Shown here: positions 12,578 to 26,357 of the stretch, one piece after another
How positions within the stretch are numbered: the first letter of the stretch is position 1
Layout: each line of letters begins with the position of its first letter
Source: Octopus bimaculoides
Taxonomy: Eukaryota
Direction: 5' to 3'
Length of the DNA: 64,000 nt
NCBI RefSeq assembly: GCF_001194135.2
Contig: NC_068997.1
Span: forward strand, 52,758,196-52,822,195
The notes under the pieces: model-generated
Databases searched by the model: none
The model's input: only the letters and a program-made list of their open reading frames with translations
Told to the model about the DNA's origin: nothing
Program-made: the position numbers and the translations under genes

Positions 12578-14187
12578 TTGTTTCTTGAACCGTTTGTGTA
12601 TTTATTCCATGCCATTTTGTAATGAATGGCTTGGAAAGAAGTTTATTCTGTTACAAGCCACCACCACCATCACCACCATCATCAAAAGACAACACAGTGA
12701 GAGAAAGAACTGCCACATGGTTGCTTGGCTTGCTAGAAATAGCAGTCAAATCTCCCTTAAATCCCTGCGTACCATCATGAAATTGGAGACGTCGGATATT
12801 GAAATTCCACATTCTCTGTACATAAGGAAATGACAGCATAATCTTGGACTAGAATGCCTTTGATCATCGAACTATTCAGTGAGCATTGACCCTGGGTTAA
12901 ACAACAACAACAACAGCATCAGACAATTTCTTCCATTTCCTTGTGTTATTTTACCTCCCGCAAGACACACAAAACTATAGATCCATCTTGTTCTTCCTCA
13001 GAGACTTACCATTAAGCTTGGCTATATTCTGTTCAGCAGAAACTCTTTGTAGCAGTCTTAAAGCGTTCTTCGTTGTGGAACTACCAATTACAGATGGAAT
13101 CAGTAAAAATAATCAATACACACTGATAGACTAACACGGTGCTGTTTTACCGTTTCAGTTTTGTTCTTCGCTTTGTGAAATTTTATAGGTTTTGTTGTTG
13201 TTTATGTTGTTGTTGTTGGCTTCATCTACAAACAAGTTTGATTAATGTATTTCATACATATGGACAGTAACACTCATCTATACACACACATACACACTCA
13301 TATACACATGTAGACACATCAACACACACACACACACACACACACACAGGCATATATATATATCATGTACTGTGTATGAACAATCACACAGACTCGCACA
13401 CATATACATCTCTATGTGCACATATATGTATATATGTTTGTGTTTGTTTGTGTGTGTGTGTGTATCATCATCATCACCATCATTTAATGTCTGCTTTCAA
13501 TACTGGCATGGGTTCGACAATTTGACAGGAGCCAGCGAGATGCAAAGTGGCTTCGAGCTCAGATGTCATCTTCGGCATGGCTTCTACAGCTGGACGCTCT
13601 TCCTGATGCCAACCAACCCAAGAGTGTAATGAGTGATTTTTACGTGCCACTGGCACAAGTGAGGTTGCTGTGTCACTTGCAAGACAGAAAAAGAAGAGGT
13701 GGGTGGGGCGGGGGAGGAAAAGGGAAGAGCCTTTCACTGCTAAGAGGAAGTATTTGGGAGGGGAAGGTGGAGGTGGTTGGCTTTTGTGCCCCGTGTTGAA
13801 AGGTGAGAATGTGAGAAAGGGTCGAGCACAGGTGTCTTGCTATAGAGGAGGTACACGGCCCGGAAGGGTTTAAAAAGAAGGTAGTGATGGGGNNNNNNNN
13901 NNNNNNNNNNNNNNNNNNNNNNNNNNNNNNNNNNNNNNNNNNNNNNNNNNNNNNNNNNNNNNNNNNNNNNNNNNNNNNNNNNNNNNNNNNNNNNNNNNNN
14001 NNNNNNNNNNNNNNNNNNNNNNNNNNNNNNNNNNNNNNNNNNNNNNNNNNNNNNNNNNNNNNNNNNNNNNNNNNNNNNNNNNNNNNNNNNNNNNNNNNNN
14101 NNNNNNNNNNNNNNNNNNNNNNNNNNNNNNNNNNNNNNNNNNNNNNNNNNNNNNNNNNNNNNNNNNNNNNNNNNNNNNNNNNNNNNN

Positions 14188-14259
<72 letters not shown>

Positions 14260-15892
14260 TGGCATGGTTGTGAGGTTAAGAAGTTTCCACTGTGTGGCAC
14301 CTTAGGCAAGTGACTTCTACTACAGCTTTGGGCTGACCAAAGCCTTGTGAGTGTATTTGGTGGAAACTGAAAGAAGCTCATTGTGTGTGTGTATTACATG
14401 CACACATTTCTAATCATTCATCTTGTCAGCTGGCAGAATCATTGCCATGTTGGTAATATGTTTAGCAGCATCTTTTTGGTTCTTTATGCTGAGTTCAAAT
14501 TCCCCTAAGATCAACTTTTCTTTTCATCCTTTCAGAGTTGATAGAGCAAGTACCATTTGAGCCCTGGGGTTGTTGTGATTAATTAGCCCACCCTCCCCTG
14601 TCTCCTGAAAATTTCTGGCCTTGTGCTAAAATTTGAACTTAAAAATTATTTCTCCTTGCGAATGTATAAAAATGTTTCTCTTATTATAATTTGATGTTTT
14701 TTTTGCAGAAATTGACTTCCAGCCTCAGCCTTCCATCACGTACCGTACGATGGGAGGAGTCCTAGATTTCTACGTGTTTACCGGACCCACACCAAATGCC
14801 GTTGTCCAGCAGTATACGGAACTGATTGGTCGACCCTTCATGCCCCCTTATTGGTCTCTTGGATTTCACCTCTGTCGTTGGGGTTACAATAATTCTGCTA
14901 CTATGAAAACCGTCATCAAAAGAATGAGAGATTCCAAAATACCATATGTAAGTTACAGTTTCCAAATCCTTTTTTTCTGCTTCCCTCTAAATTCACCTTC
15001 TTCTCCTGAAGGGTACTCTCCCTATTGACACTTCATCATCACTATCTTTTTGTTTGCTTCTTTTTCCAGTAGGGGTAGCTATGTTATTGTTGGCACTCCG
15101 TCGCTTACGATGTCAAGGGTTCCAGTTGATCCGATCAACGGAACAGCCTGCTCGTGAAATTAACGCGCAAGTGGCTGAGCACTCCACAGACACGTGTACC
15201 CTTAACATAGTTCTCGGGGATATTCAGCGTGACACAGTGTGACAAGGCTGACCCTTTGAATTACAGGTACAACAGAAACAGGAAGTAAGAGTGAGAGAAA
15301 GTTGTGGTGAAAGAGTACAGCAGGCTTCGCCACCATCCCCTGTTGGAGCCTCGTGGAGCTTTAGGTGTTTTCGCTCAATAAACACTCACAACGCCCAGTC
15401 TGGGAATCGAAACCGTGATCCTATGACCACGAGTCCGCTGCCCTAACCACTGGGCCATTGTGCCTTCATTGGGGTAGCTATGTATCTCTTCCATAACAAG
15501 ACATCTGTTCTTGTCCCTGCTATCTTACATTAGCCCCTCATCACCTGGCATAAGCCCAATCTTCTCTAAATACTACAACCTGCCTTCACATGTTAAAATG
15601 TTTGACTTAACATGGGAAAACCACTGTGGAGGGGAAATTAAATGTTGTAGTAGAATACCAGATATTTCTTCAGATCTATGTAGAACTGTGCAAGTGAATT
15701 CATACTGGAAGAGATGCTTTTCTGAAGCCATTCAGTGTGTTGTTGTTGTTGTTGTTGATACTGCTGCTGTTGTTATTGTTGTTGTTGTCAAAGCACTTTT
15801 TTTCTTCTCTGTTATCAACAGAGAAAATATCAATATCATTTTTGTGGGGCTTCACATCAATATACATACATATATGCATACTTACATATGTA

Positions 15893-15936
<44 letters not shown>

Positions 15937-17563
15937 NNNNNNNNNNNNNNNNNNNNNNNNNNNNNNNNNNNNNNNNNNNNNNNNNNNNNNNNNNNNNNNN
16001 NNNNNNNNNNNNNNNNNNNNNNNNNNNNNNNNNNNNNNNNNNNNNNNNNNNNNNNNNNNNNNNNNNNNNNNNNNNNNNNNNNNNNNNNNNNNNNNNNNNN
16101 NNNNNNNNNNNNNNNNNNNNNNNNNNNNNNNNNNNNNNNNNNNNNNNNNNNNNNNNNNNNNNNNNNNNNNNNNNNNNNNNNNNNNNNNNNNNNNNNNNNN
16201 NNNNNNNNNNNNNNNNNNNNNNNNNNNNNNNNNNNNNNNNNNNNNNNNNNNNNNNNNNNNNNNNNNNNNNNNNNNNNNNNNNNNNNNNNNNNNNNNNNNN
16301 NNNNNNNNNNNNNNNNNNNNNNNATATATGCATATATATATATGTATATATATGTGCAGTAATTTTTATATATATACACAGTACTATATATATACAGCAA
16401 TACCTCACTTTACGAGGACCCACTTTACAAAACCCTGGGATTACGAATTTTACTTTCCAGCTCACTTTTGTATGGTGAACTGAAATTTTTCAAGTGCATG
16501 ATCCAAATTTTGAACAAAGTGCAAAAGTTCCTGCTATCATAACTAATGCTTCTGCGTGTCACTGAGAAATCTATAGAGTGAAAAAAATGCTTCTTCTAAG
16601 CAAGCAACTCTAGACTTGTTTTTTTAAAAGAAATCTACAAGTCTGTCTATGAGTGCTTGTGAATTGGCAATCACATCTACAAGTGATGGTGTGTGCAAGT
16701 CTTGTGCAAGTGAAAGTAATTCAGAAGACGATTATAATAATATTTATTTTTTTATTATAAATGATCTCTACATTCTTTTTATTCTGCATAAAATATTCTT
16801 TACTGTTGTTTTATTACCATTTATTTACGAGTATTATAAATTTTATGAGCAGAATCTTTTACTGGGAACGAATTATGATTTAAAACATTACTTCTATGGG
16901 AAATTATTGCTCTGCTTTGTGAGCAGTCTTCAGGAACAAATTAACTCATATGTCAAGGCATATTGTATATATATATATATATATTCTCTGTTTCTCTGGG
17001 GTTTTTTTCCCTTCTCTCCATCTGTTTTCCATCTTCATTCATTTCTGTAGAAGAGCATAGGCTCAAAATATCAAAAACTTCTTCCTTTTTTTCCTCAGTG
17101 TCAAAACAAATACACTCTGTTTGTTGTTCCCTCACTTGTCTCAGTCTTGTTTTTTTGTATCATTTGAATTATTGAATTACAGATGTATGTGTGTGTGCGT
17201 AGGTATACACATTTAGGTGTTTGTATGTGTATCTGTGTGCACACACGTACACATTTGAATATGCACTCATACATATATAAACAAAGGCAAGCTTATGCAC
17301 ACACATATGTACACACATGCTTACTTATACACCTGATTGCACACATACAGACACATACACATATTGACACACAAATACATATCCACATACATACATATGC
17401 ACCTGTACATATACACATATACATACACACACACACACACACATTTACCCTCATAACATAGCCACTGCATACACCCATATATGTACATACATGTACAAAT
17501 AGATACAGTCACATAATATATAGACACATATATATACACACACATGTACAGATACCATATGTT

Positions 17564-17600
<37 letters not shown>

Positions 17601-20600
17601 CATAATGCAGTGTTTATTTATGGTATTGCCAATAATCTGATTTCAGGATGTCCAGTGGAATGATATTGATTCAATGGAGAAGAAGCTGGACTGGACCTAT
17701 GACCACAACCTGTTTGCTGATTTACCAGAGATCGTGAAAGACCTCCACGCCCATGGCCAACATTACATAATGATTGTGGTGAGTTTGCAGACCACTTTAT
17801 CATTTATAATTCACAATCATTCTCTCTCTCTCTCTGCCTGAGTGTCTTTGTAGACATGTTTGTATATTTTTAATGTGCTGATGTATGGTTTTTTTTAAAT
17901 TTCTTTATTATGTTTGTTGGCCAACCATGGCAGAATGGTTAAAAAGTTTGCTTGGCAATTGTTAGGTCTGGGGTTTGAAGTGAATTTATAGTCAGCACCA
18001 TTCTTTAGGAATGGGTTCACTGGACGGTTTCTTGGGGCCTCATCGGTCTTGGAGCTTGGTGATGATCTATGTATGTTGTGGTTTTCTATAAAGAAATACT
18101 ATAAGGCTTAACGCATTCATTTTTCTGGAGGACCACATTGGTTTAGGAGCCTGATAGTGGCTTGCTATCAGGAAAATTGTTAAAGGGCCCAATGCATTGA
18201 TTTTCTTGGGAGGGGAGGGCTCACAGGTCTAGGGTTCTAATTACGAGCTATATATGTTTTGTGGCTTGCTATCAATAAATAAATATTAAAGNNNNNNNNN
18301 NNNNNNNNNNNNNNNNNNNNNNNNNNNNNNNNNNNNNNNNNNNNNNNNNNNNNNNNNNNNNNNNNNNNNNNNNNNNNNNNNNNNNNNNNNNNNNNNNNNN
18401 NNNNNNNNNNNNNNNNNNNNNNNNNNNNNNNNNNNNNNNNNNNNNNNNNNNNNNNNNNNNNNNNNNNNNNNNNNNNNNNNNNNNNNNNNNNNNNNNNNNN
18501 NNNNNNNNNNNNNNNNNNNNNNNNNNNNNNNNNNNNNNNNNNNNNNNNNNNNNNNNNNNNNNNNNNNNNNNNNNNNNNNNNNNNNNNNNNNNNNNNNNNN
18601 NNNNNNNNNNNNNNNNNNNNNNNNNNNNNNNNNNNNNNNNNNNNNNNNNNNNNNNNNNNNNNNNNNNNNNNNNNNNNNNNNNNNNNNNNNNNNNNNNNNN
18701 NNNNNNNNNNNNNNNNNNNNNNNNNNNNNNNNNNNNNNNNNNNNNNNNNNNNNNNNNNNNNNNNNNNNNNNNNNNNNNNNNNNNNNNNNNNNNNNNNNNN
18801 NNNNNNNNNNNNNNNNNNNNNNNNNNNNNNNNNNNNNNNNNNNNNNNNNNNNNNNNNNNNNNNNNNNNNNNNNNNNNNNNNNNNNNNNNNNNNNNNNNNN
18901 NNNNNNNNNNNNNNNNNNNNNNNNNNNNNNNNNNNNNNNNNNNNNNNNNNNNNNNNNNNNNNNNNNNNNNNNNNNNNNNNNNNNNNNNNNNNNNNNNNNN
19001 NNNNNNNNNNNNNNNNNNNNNNNNNNNNNNNNNNNNNNNNNNNNNNNNNNNNNNNNNNNNNNNNNNNNNNNNNNNNNNNNNNNNNNNNNNNNNNNNNNNN
19101 NNNNNNNNNNNNNNNNNNNNNNNNNNNNNNNNNNNNNNNNNNNNNNNNNNNNNNNNNNNNNNNNNNNNNNNNNNNNNNNNNNNNNNNNNNNNNNNNNNNN
19201 NTGATTTTCTTGGGAGGGGAGGGCTCACAGGTCTAGGGTTCTAATTACGAGCTATATATGTTTTGTGGCTTGCTATCAATAAATAAATATTAAAAGGCTC
19301 AATGCATTGATTTTCTTGGGAGGGGAGGGCTCACAGGTCTAGGGTTCTAATTACGAGCTATATATGTTTTGTGGCTTGCTATCAATAAATAAATATTAAA
19401 GGGCTCAATGCATTGATTTTCCTTGGGGATGTCATGGGTCTAGGGGTCTGACTGTGGCTTGCTGTCAAGAAATAAATACCATGGGGCCCAATGCATTGAT
19501 TTTTCTGGTGCCCTCATTGGTCTAGGGCCCCGATTCTGATCTATGTATGCTATGGATTACTGTCAACAAATAAATGCTTACAGAGCCCAGTGCATTGATT
19601 CGCCTGGGGTCCTATAATGCTGTTATGATGATTCTGTAGTACCTTGGGTGGATATTTTCTGCCCGTGCCCCAGGTTGGGGCAGAGGTGAGGTTAGTCTTG
19701 TGGATGAAATTGTGTAGAAAGAAACTTTACTTGAAGTGTATCAAACAGACTGTTGTTGCAATTAAAGGTGACAGTCATGCAGAAATACAGCAATGGAAAG
19801 GTCAATGGTACATATGTCAGATACCTGTAGGATACTTAACCACACTACAACATAAGATGGTCTGTTGTGATTGAAAAGACCACCAGTTGTCTTCAGATCT
19901 CAGAAGACATTACTTTGTGACAAACTAGGAATTTTTTTTTAAATTCTTGTCTGACTTAGTTTTTTTTTTTCTTTCTTTACCTGACAATCAGGATGGTGCA
20001 ATTAGCAGTCAGCAACCAAAGGGAACATATCCTCCTTATGATAATGGTCTCGTTGATGGAGTTTTCATAATAGACCCTGAAGATGGCAAACCTTTGGTTG
20101 GTCAAGTAAGTTAACCATTTTATTTTTTCAACTTTTGTTTTGTATTGATTTTTTTCTTTTATTTTATGTTCATTTTATTTTTCATATTAGAAAAGTCTTT
20201 TATCACAGAAACAGATTTTTGAAAATATAAAGGGTCCTGGTTAAGTTATTGTTGGTGATTGAGGGTTCTAGACCCAGTTTATTGCAGAGAATGAGATTTC
20301 TTTCATCCGGAAGGTGTTATATCTGGGTCCTTTTGAGGGCCCTTAGGAATGGGGATATATGTGTGTGTGTGTAGGTGTGGCTGTGTGGTAAGAAGTTTGC
20401 TTCTCAACCTCATGGTTCCGGGTTCAGTCTTACTGTATAACACCTTGGGCAAGTGTCTTCTACTATAGCCACTGATCGACCCCAGGATTTATTCTTTGTA
20501 AGCCTAGTACTTATTCTGCCAGTCTTTTTTGCTGAACCGCTAAGTTACAGGGACGTAAACACACCTACATTGGTTGTCAAGTGATGGTGGGGAGGGGACA

Positions 20601-21069
20601 AACACAGACACACACACACACACGTATAAATATATATCGTCCAACCCATGCTAGCATGGAAAGCAGACGTTAAACGATGATGACGATGATATATCTGCAC
20701 ACACAACAGGCTTCTTTCAGTTTCCGTCTACCGAATCCACTCATAAGGCTTTGGTTGGCCTGAAGCTATAGAAGACACTTACCCAAGGTACCAAGCTGTG
20801 GGACTGAATCCTGCACTATATACATACACATATATGTATATATGTATATTATATAAATAATAGTTTACTGATCTGTTAATGTAAATACAAGCTATCAGTA
20901 GTTTCTTGCTGTGAAGACACATGTCTCGGTAGCTTTTTATAACATGCCCTGTATCTCCAGTGCCTAAAGATTGCTTGGAGATAATAGGCATGTTACAAAA
21001 GCCTGCCTAGACACGTGTCTTCACAGCAAGAAACTATTGGCAGTCTTTCTCTTTATACTGTGTACAACA

Positions 21070-21137
<68 letters not shown>

Positions 21138-22165
21138 AACAAAGATATTTTATTCCACACACACACACACACACACATGTATATGTGTGTGTGTGTGATA
21201 TTGAAGACAGTTTAAGCTTTCTTATTGAGATTTTCTCATATTCCTATTAAAACTTGTTTGGAATAATAAATTTCCTCACATCTAAAGATCTTTCTGGATT
21301 TGGCTTCTGTCTGAACTGATATTAGTGATGCTTGGCATTATTATTACCGTTTTATTGTTAAAGAGAATTATTGGAATCGTGTGTCTATTTTCTATATTTA
21401 TTATCATTATTATGGTTTATATTTATCGTCTGGTGATGTCAGTTTTCGTTTCGTTACCAGGAAATAGTTTTGACCATGTCATTGTTTGGTGTTTGTTTAT
21501 TCCTAGAATCTGCTGTGTTGAGTTTTGCATCATGTGTTGTTTCTATTAATATAGCGCTAACCATTAATCTGCCAGCATAGATAATGGTGTATCATAGAGT
21601 TCTAAAAATCTGGGATGGTCCTGGCTGGAATGCCTTTGGTCATAGGTCTGCTCAATCAGGGCTGATTTATGACTAAAGAACAACACGTTTATTAACCGTG
21701 CGCTCACACTCACACAAGTATGCATGTATGCACATACATAATATATATATGCACACAGCTACGTACACATATATATACACATATACACACACATCTACAC
21801 ACACACACATGCATACATAAATATACATACTCACAAATACACACATACATACATACACAAATACACACATACATACACACTCACAAGTATACGTGTATGC
21901 ACATACATAATATATATGCACACAGCTACGTTCAACAAAAGAGATTGATAGAATAAGTACCAGGCTTTAAAAATATATATAATAAATATGTACTGTGGTG
22001 GATTCATTTGACTGAGACCATTGAGAGGCAGTGCTCCAGCAAGGCCACGGGCCAGCAATTGAAACAAAAGATTAAGGATAAAGATATATGCATGCTGTGC
22101 AGTGGGACTGAACCCAATTCCACATGGTTGGGAAGCAAGCTTCTTGACTACATAGCCTCACCTGC

Positions 22166-22197
<32 letters not shown>

Positions 22198-22230
22198 AAA
22201 CAGAAACACAGGCATGTATATGCACTAATG

Positions 22231-22278
<48 letters not shown>

Positions 22279-22748
22279 GTGTGTCCACTGGACGTTTAAC
22301 CCACCTTACTGTTTCTGGCACCGAATTACTGCACAAAACTTATTAATGCAGGCATTTTGTTAAATATTCATATTTAATATCGTCATCCCCACCACCACTA
22401 CCACCTATCACCTCCATGACCACCACCACTAACACCACAACCACAACCAATAGCTGTGCTATTATATAACTAATTCTATTATTAATCATCACAACTACCA
22501 TCAACTACCACCTCCACTACAACACCACTGCCAACCCCCATCACAACACTACCTACACACACTGCCACCGTGACCCCTCACCACCACCACCATCACTACC
22601 TCTGCTGCTGCTGCTATTACTAGCACCACCCTCTTGTTAATTGCATGCATGGCAAACAGCCCATTTAATTATCAGTATGCTGAGAGAGAGAGAGTGGGGT
22701 GAGAGGGATTGTTGTGTCTGTAGCCTTATGCCAGGAGTGTGCAAGGAG

Positions 22749-22798
<50 letters not shown>

Positions 22799-24691
22799 CT
22801 GCATTATACATGTCTGTTTATGTATGTACATCTGTCTAATTTTGTATGCATATAGTTATGTAGCTGTTAGATGTGTGTGTGTATGTAAATTTATGTATAT
22901 ATATATGGCAGTCTAACAATGGTTTAACTGATCAAAACTTTGAAGTCACTGTCATCAACATATTTTTTATTTAAGAGTAATCTTTTTCTCTACAAACGTA
23001 TAAAGTAATCTCTCAGGTCGACATGAAATTGTTTTTATTATAACTAAACATAAAAGCAAACAAAAATTAACATATGTATATAAATTTTTATATATGCATT
23101 TGAATGTGTGTGCATACATAAATGTGAATGTGCAGTCGTATATGCACATGTGCTTATACGTATATGTGCGTATGTATGTTTGCATGGCCATATGGACATC
23201 TGTGTGTGTGTGTGTGTGTAAATATTTATATGGGGATAAGCCAATTAGACAGATCAATGTGTGCTCTTTTACTTTCTTCAGTCATTTGACTGTGGCCATG
23301 CTGGAGCACCGCCTTTAGTTGAACAAATCGACACTAGAACTATAGGTGACTGTATATGTGTGTGTATCAGCGGCAACTCCAGCACCCGGGCTGTTCAGGG
23401 TTAGCCCGAGTATAAATTTAGTAAAGTGAACGTGTATTTACAAACTGATTTCATTTCTGCCAACACTGATTTCAAGTATGTAATTTCAGCCAGAAACTCA
23501 GGCTCCTTTTATTGAGCCTGGTCGCAGTCCATTTATTTTTGTTCAGTATCTGGCGGTCGTCTTAGAGGTGCCCTGTATCAAAAAATATCATTTGTAACAA
23601 AAGTTTTCTCGACATTGTTCGCATGCACCTGACTTGGGCTCTGAAGTTACAGCCCGAATTGTTATCTATAATCGTAAAAATTAAAAGTAATTCAAATTCA
23701 ATGTTTTCTTGAAATGATAATTTTCTATAGATTAGGATTTAAATTCCAATCTATGAAAAGTTTCTGTTCTACAATATTCTTAAAGGGATGAAACATTATC
23801 CAGCAACTCGGGCTAATACGAACGAGCCTGGTAGGTGTAATGACTAACTGGCATCTCTTGTCAAGAGTGCAGGTGACAGTCAGATCGCTGATGCTTGTTG
23901 TGCACTCTGCCGTCGTTACTTGATTGTTGTTATTCCGTGCGTCTGTGAGTAAAGATCAGTTGTGTTTTGCAGGGTTGCTTTGTTTCAAAACTTAACTTAG
24001 AAATGGAGAAAGACATTGTGCTAGATATATAAAAGAAAAATAAGCCATTTGGGGCTGGAAATATTGCAGAAAAACATGAAATTCTTTGAGCAGGCATGTG
24101 TCTTAGGCGAAATCTGTGATGAGCCCGAGTGACACTGATGACCTGGAGTTGCCTCAGGTGTGTATGTATGTATGTGTGTGTGTTTGTATATGTGTACGTG
24201 TGAATATAGGTGGGCAGGGTAATGGTAAGTAGATGTAATGTTTGTAAACAAGAAAGTACGAGTGCTATATGGTGGTTTGGGTGGCAGTTGTAGTGGTTGT
24301 AATGATGTATTTAAGATGGAAGAGTTGTTGATTAATATGGTACTGGCAGTAGCGGTTCTAGTAGTGTGGGGCATAGTGTTGTTGTTGGTGATTGTATGGC
24401 AGGTAGTGTTGTTGTTGTTGGTGGTAGTGGTGGTAGTGGTGGTAGTGGTGGTGTGATGGTAGAGGAGGTGTTGTTGTTGTTGTTGGTGGTAGTGGTATAG
24501 TTTGTAGTACGAGTGGTACTTCCACTCCAAGTGAAGTTGGCAATTGTCAAGATAACTGCTGATTAGATATTGAAAAATAAATGTTGATGTGGTGGTGGTG
24601 GTGGTGGTATCGGTGACGATGATGTTGGTGGGGGTGGTAATGGTAGTTATGATTGCGATTATATTGCTAGATAAATGAAATGTGTATATAA

Positions 24692-24723
<32 letters not shown>

Positions 24724-25215
24724 GTATGTGTATATATGTATGTATGTATATATATATGTCTGTTTGTATATATATATATATATATGTGAAGACAAATTTT
24801 GTTGGACGTAATCCAAAGAGTCACAATGGAAGACTGCCTCAACAACAACAACATCAACGATGATGAATTCTTACATAAGGAAGTAGCGATAGGAAGTTGT
24901 GATGTTCATGCCAACAACGTTATTATTGATGCAAAGGAAATGATTTCCAACTTGGAATTGAAACTGGATGAAATATTCCGTTCAGCCAGAATTTCGGATG
25001 GAAATCACAAACGCTGAATTGGATTGGTGTGGGTCAGGTGGGGGACTATGGGCGGCTGTGGTGGTGGTGGTGGTGGTGGAGAGTTGAGGTTCATGTCAGA
25101 ATTAGATGGTTCCACTCAGGAACTGAAATTGATGTGCTGTTTTCTTGTATTGCCAAGAGATTTCCCATCTTCAAGCATTCTCTTCTAAGTGCAAAATTCT
25201 TCCGAGGCTTTAGTC

Positions 25216-25286
<71 letters not shown>

Positions 25287-26318
25287 AGACTACACTATCA
25301 GAACTAGAGGAGAAGTTTCAGGTGTGGAAGCAAGGTCTAGAATTGAAGGGCCTTAGAGTCAACCTAGCTAAAACCAAAATCCTAATAAGTAGGAAGGTAG
25401 ATAAAACACAAACCCCTTCAGGTAGATGGCCCTGCTCAGTATGTAGAAAAGGAGTAGGTANNNNNNNNNNNNNNNNNNNNNNNNNNNNNNNNNNNNNNNN
25501 NNNNNNNNNNNNNNNNNNNNNNNNNNNNNNNNNNNNNNNNNNNNNNNNNNNNNNNNNNNNNNNNNNNNNNNNNNNNNNNNNNNNNNNNNNNNNNNNNNNN
25601 NNNNNNNNNNNNNNNNNNNNNNNNNNNNNNNNNNNNNNNNNNNNNNNNNNNNNNNNNNNNNNNNNNNNNNNNNNNNNNNNNNNNNNNNNNNNNNNNNNNN
25701 NNNNNNNNNNNNNNNNNNNNNNNNNNNNNNNNNNNNNNNNNNNNNNNNNNNNNNNNNNNNNNNNNNNNNNNNNNNNNNNNNNNNNNNNNNNNNNNNNNNN
25801 NNNNNNNNNNNNNNNNNNNNNNNNNNNNNNNNNNNNNNNNNNNNNNNNNNNNNNNNNNNNNNNNNNNNNNNNNNNNNNNNNNNNNNNNNNNNNNNNNNNN
25901 NNNNNNNNNNNNNNNNNNNNNNNNNNNNNNNNNNNNNNNNNNNNNNNNNNNNNNNNNNNNNNNNNNNNNNNNNNNNNNNNNNNNNNNNNNNNNNNNNNNN
26001 NNNNNNNNNNNNNNNNNNNNNNNNNNNNNNNNNNNNNNNNNNNNNNNNNNNNNNNNNNNNNNNNNNNNNNNNNNNNNNNNNNNNNNNNNNNNNNNNNNNN
26101 NNNNNNNNNNNATAAAAGACACCATTTCGAGCGTGGCCGTTTTCGTGCGGGTGACACGTAAAAGCACCCACTACACTCTCTGAGTGGTTGGCGTTAGGAA
26201 GGGCATCCAGCTGTAGAAACTCTGCCAAATCAGACTGGAGCCTGGTGTTGCCATCCGGTTTCACCAGTCCTCAGTCAAATCGTCCAACCCATGCTAGCAT
26301 GGAAAGCGGACGTTAAAC

Positions 26319-26357
<39 letters not shown>

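Noticed and set aside
18020-19620. CRISPR-like array (also the 17-bp repeat at 11784)
   Set aside because: Head-to-tail tandem units with no unique spacers, no cas genes, eukaryotic context
25322-26161. Continuous 279-aa LINE ORF
   Set aside because: 651 of its bases are N; frame continuity depends on an estimated gap length
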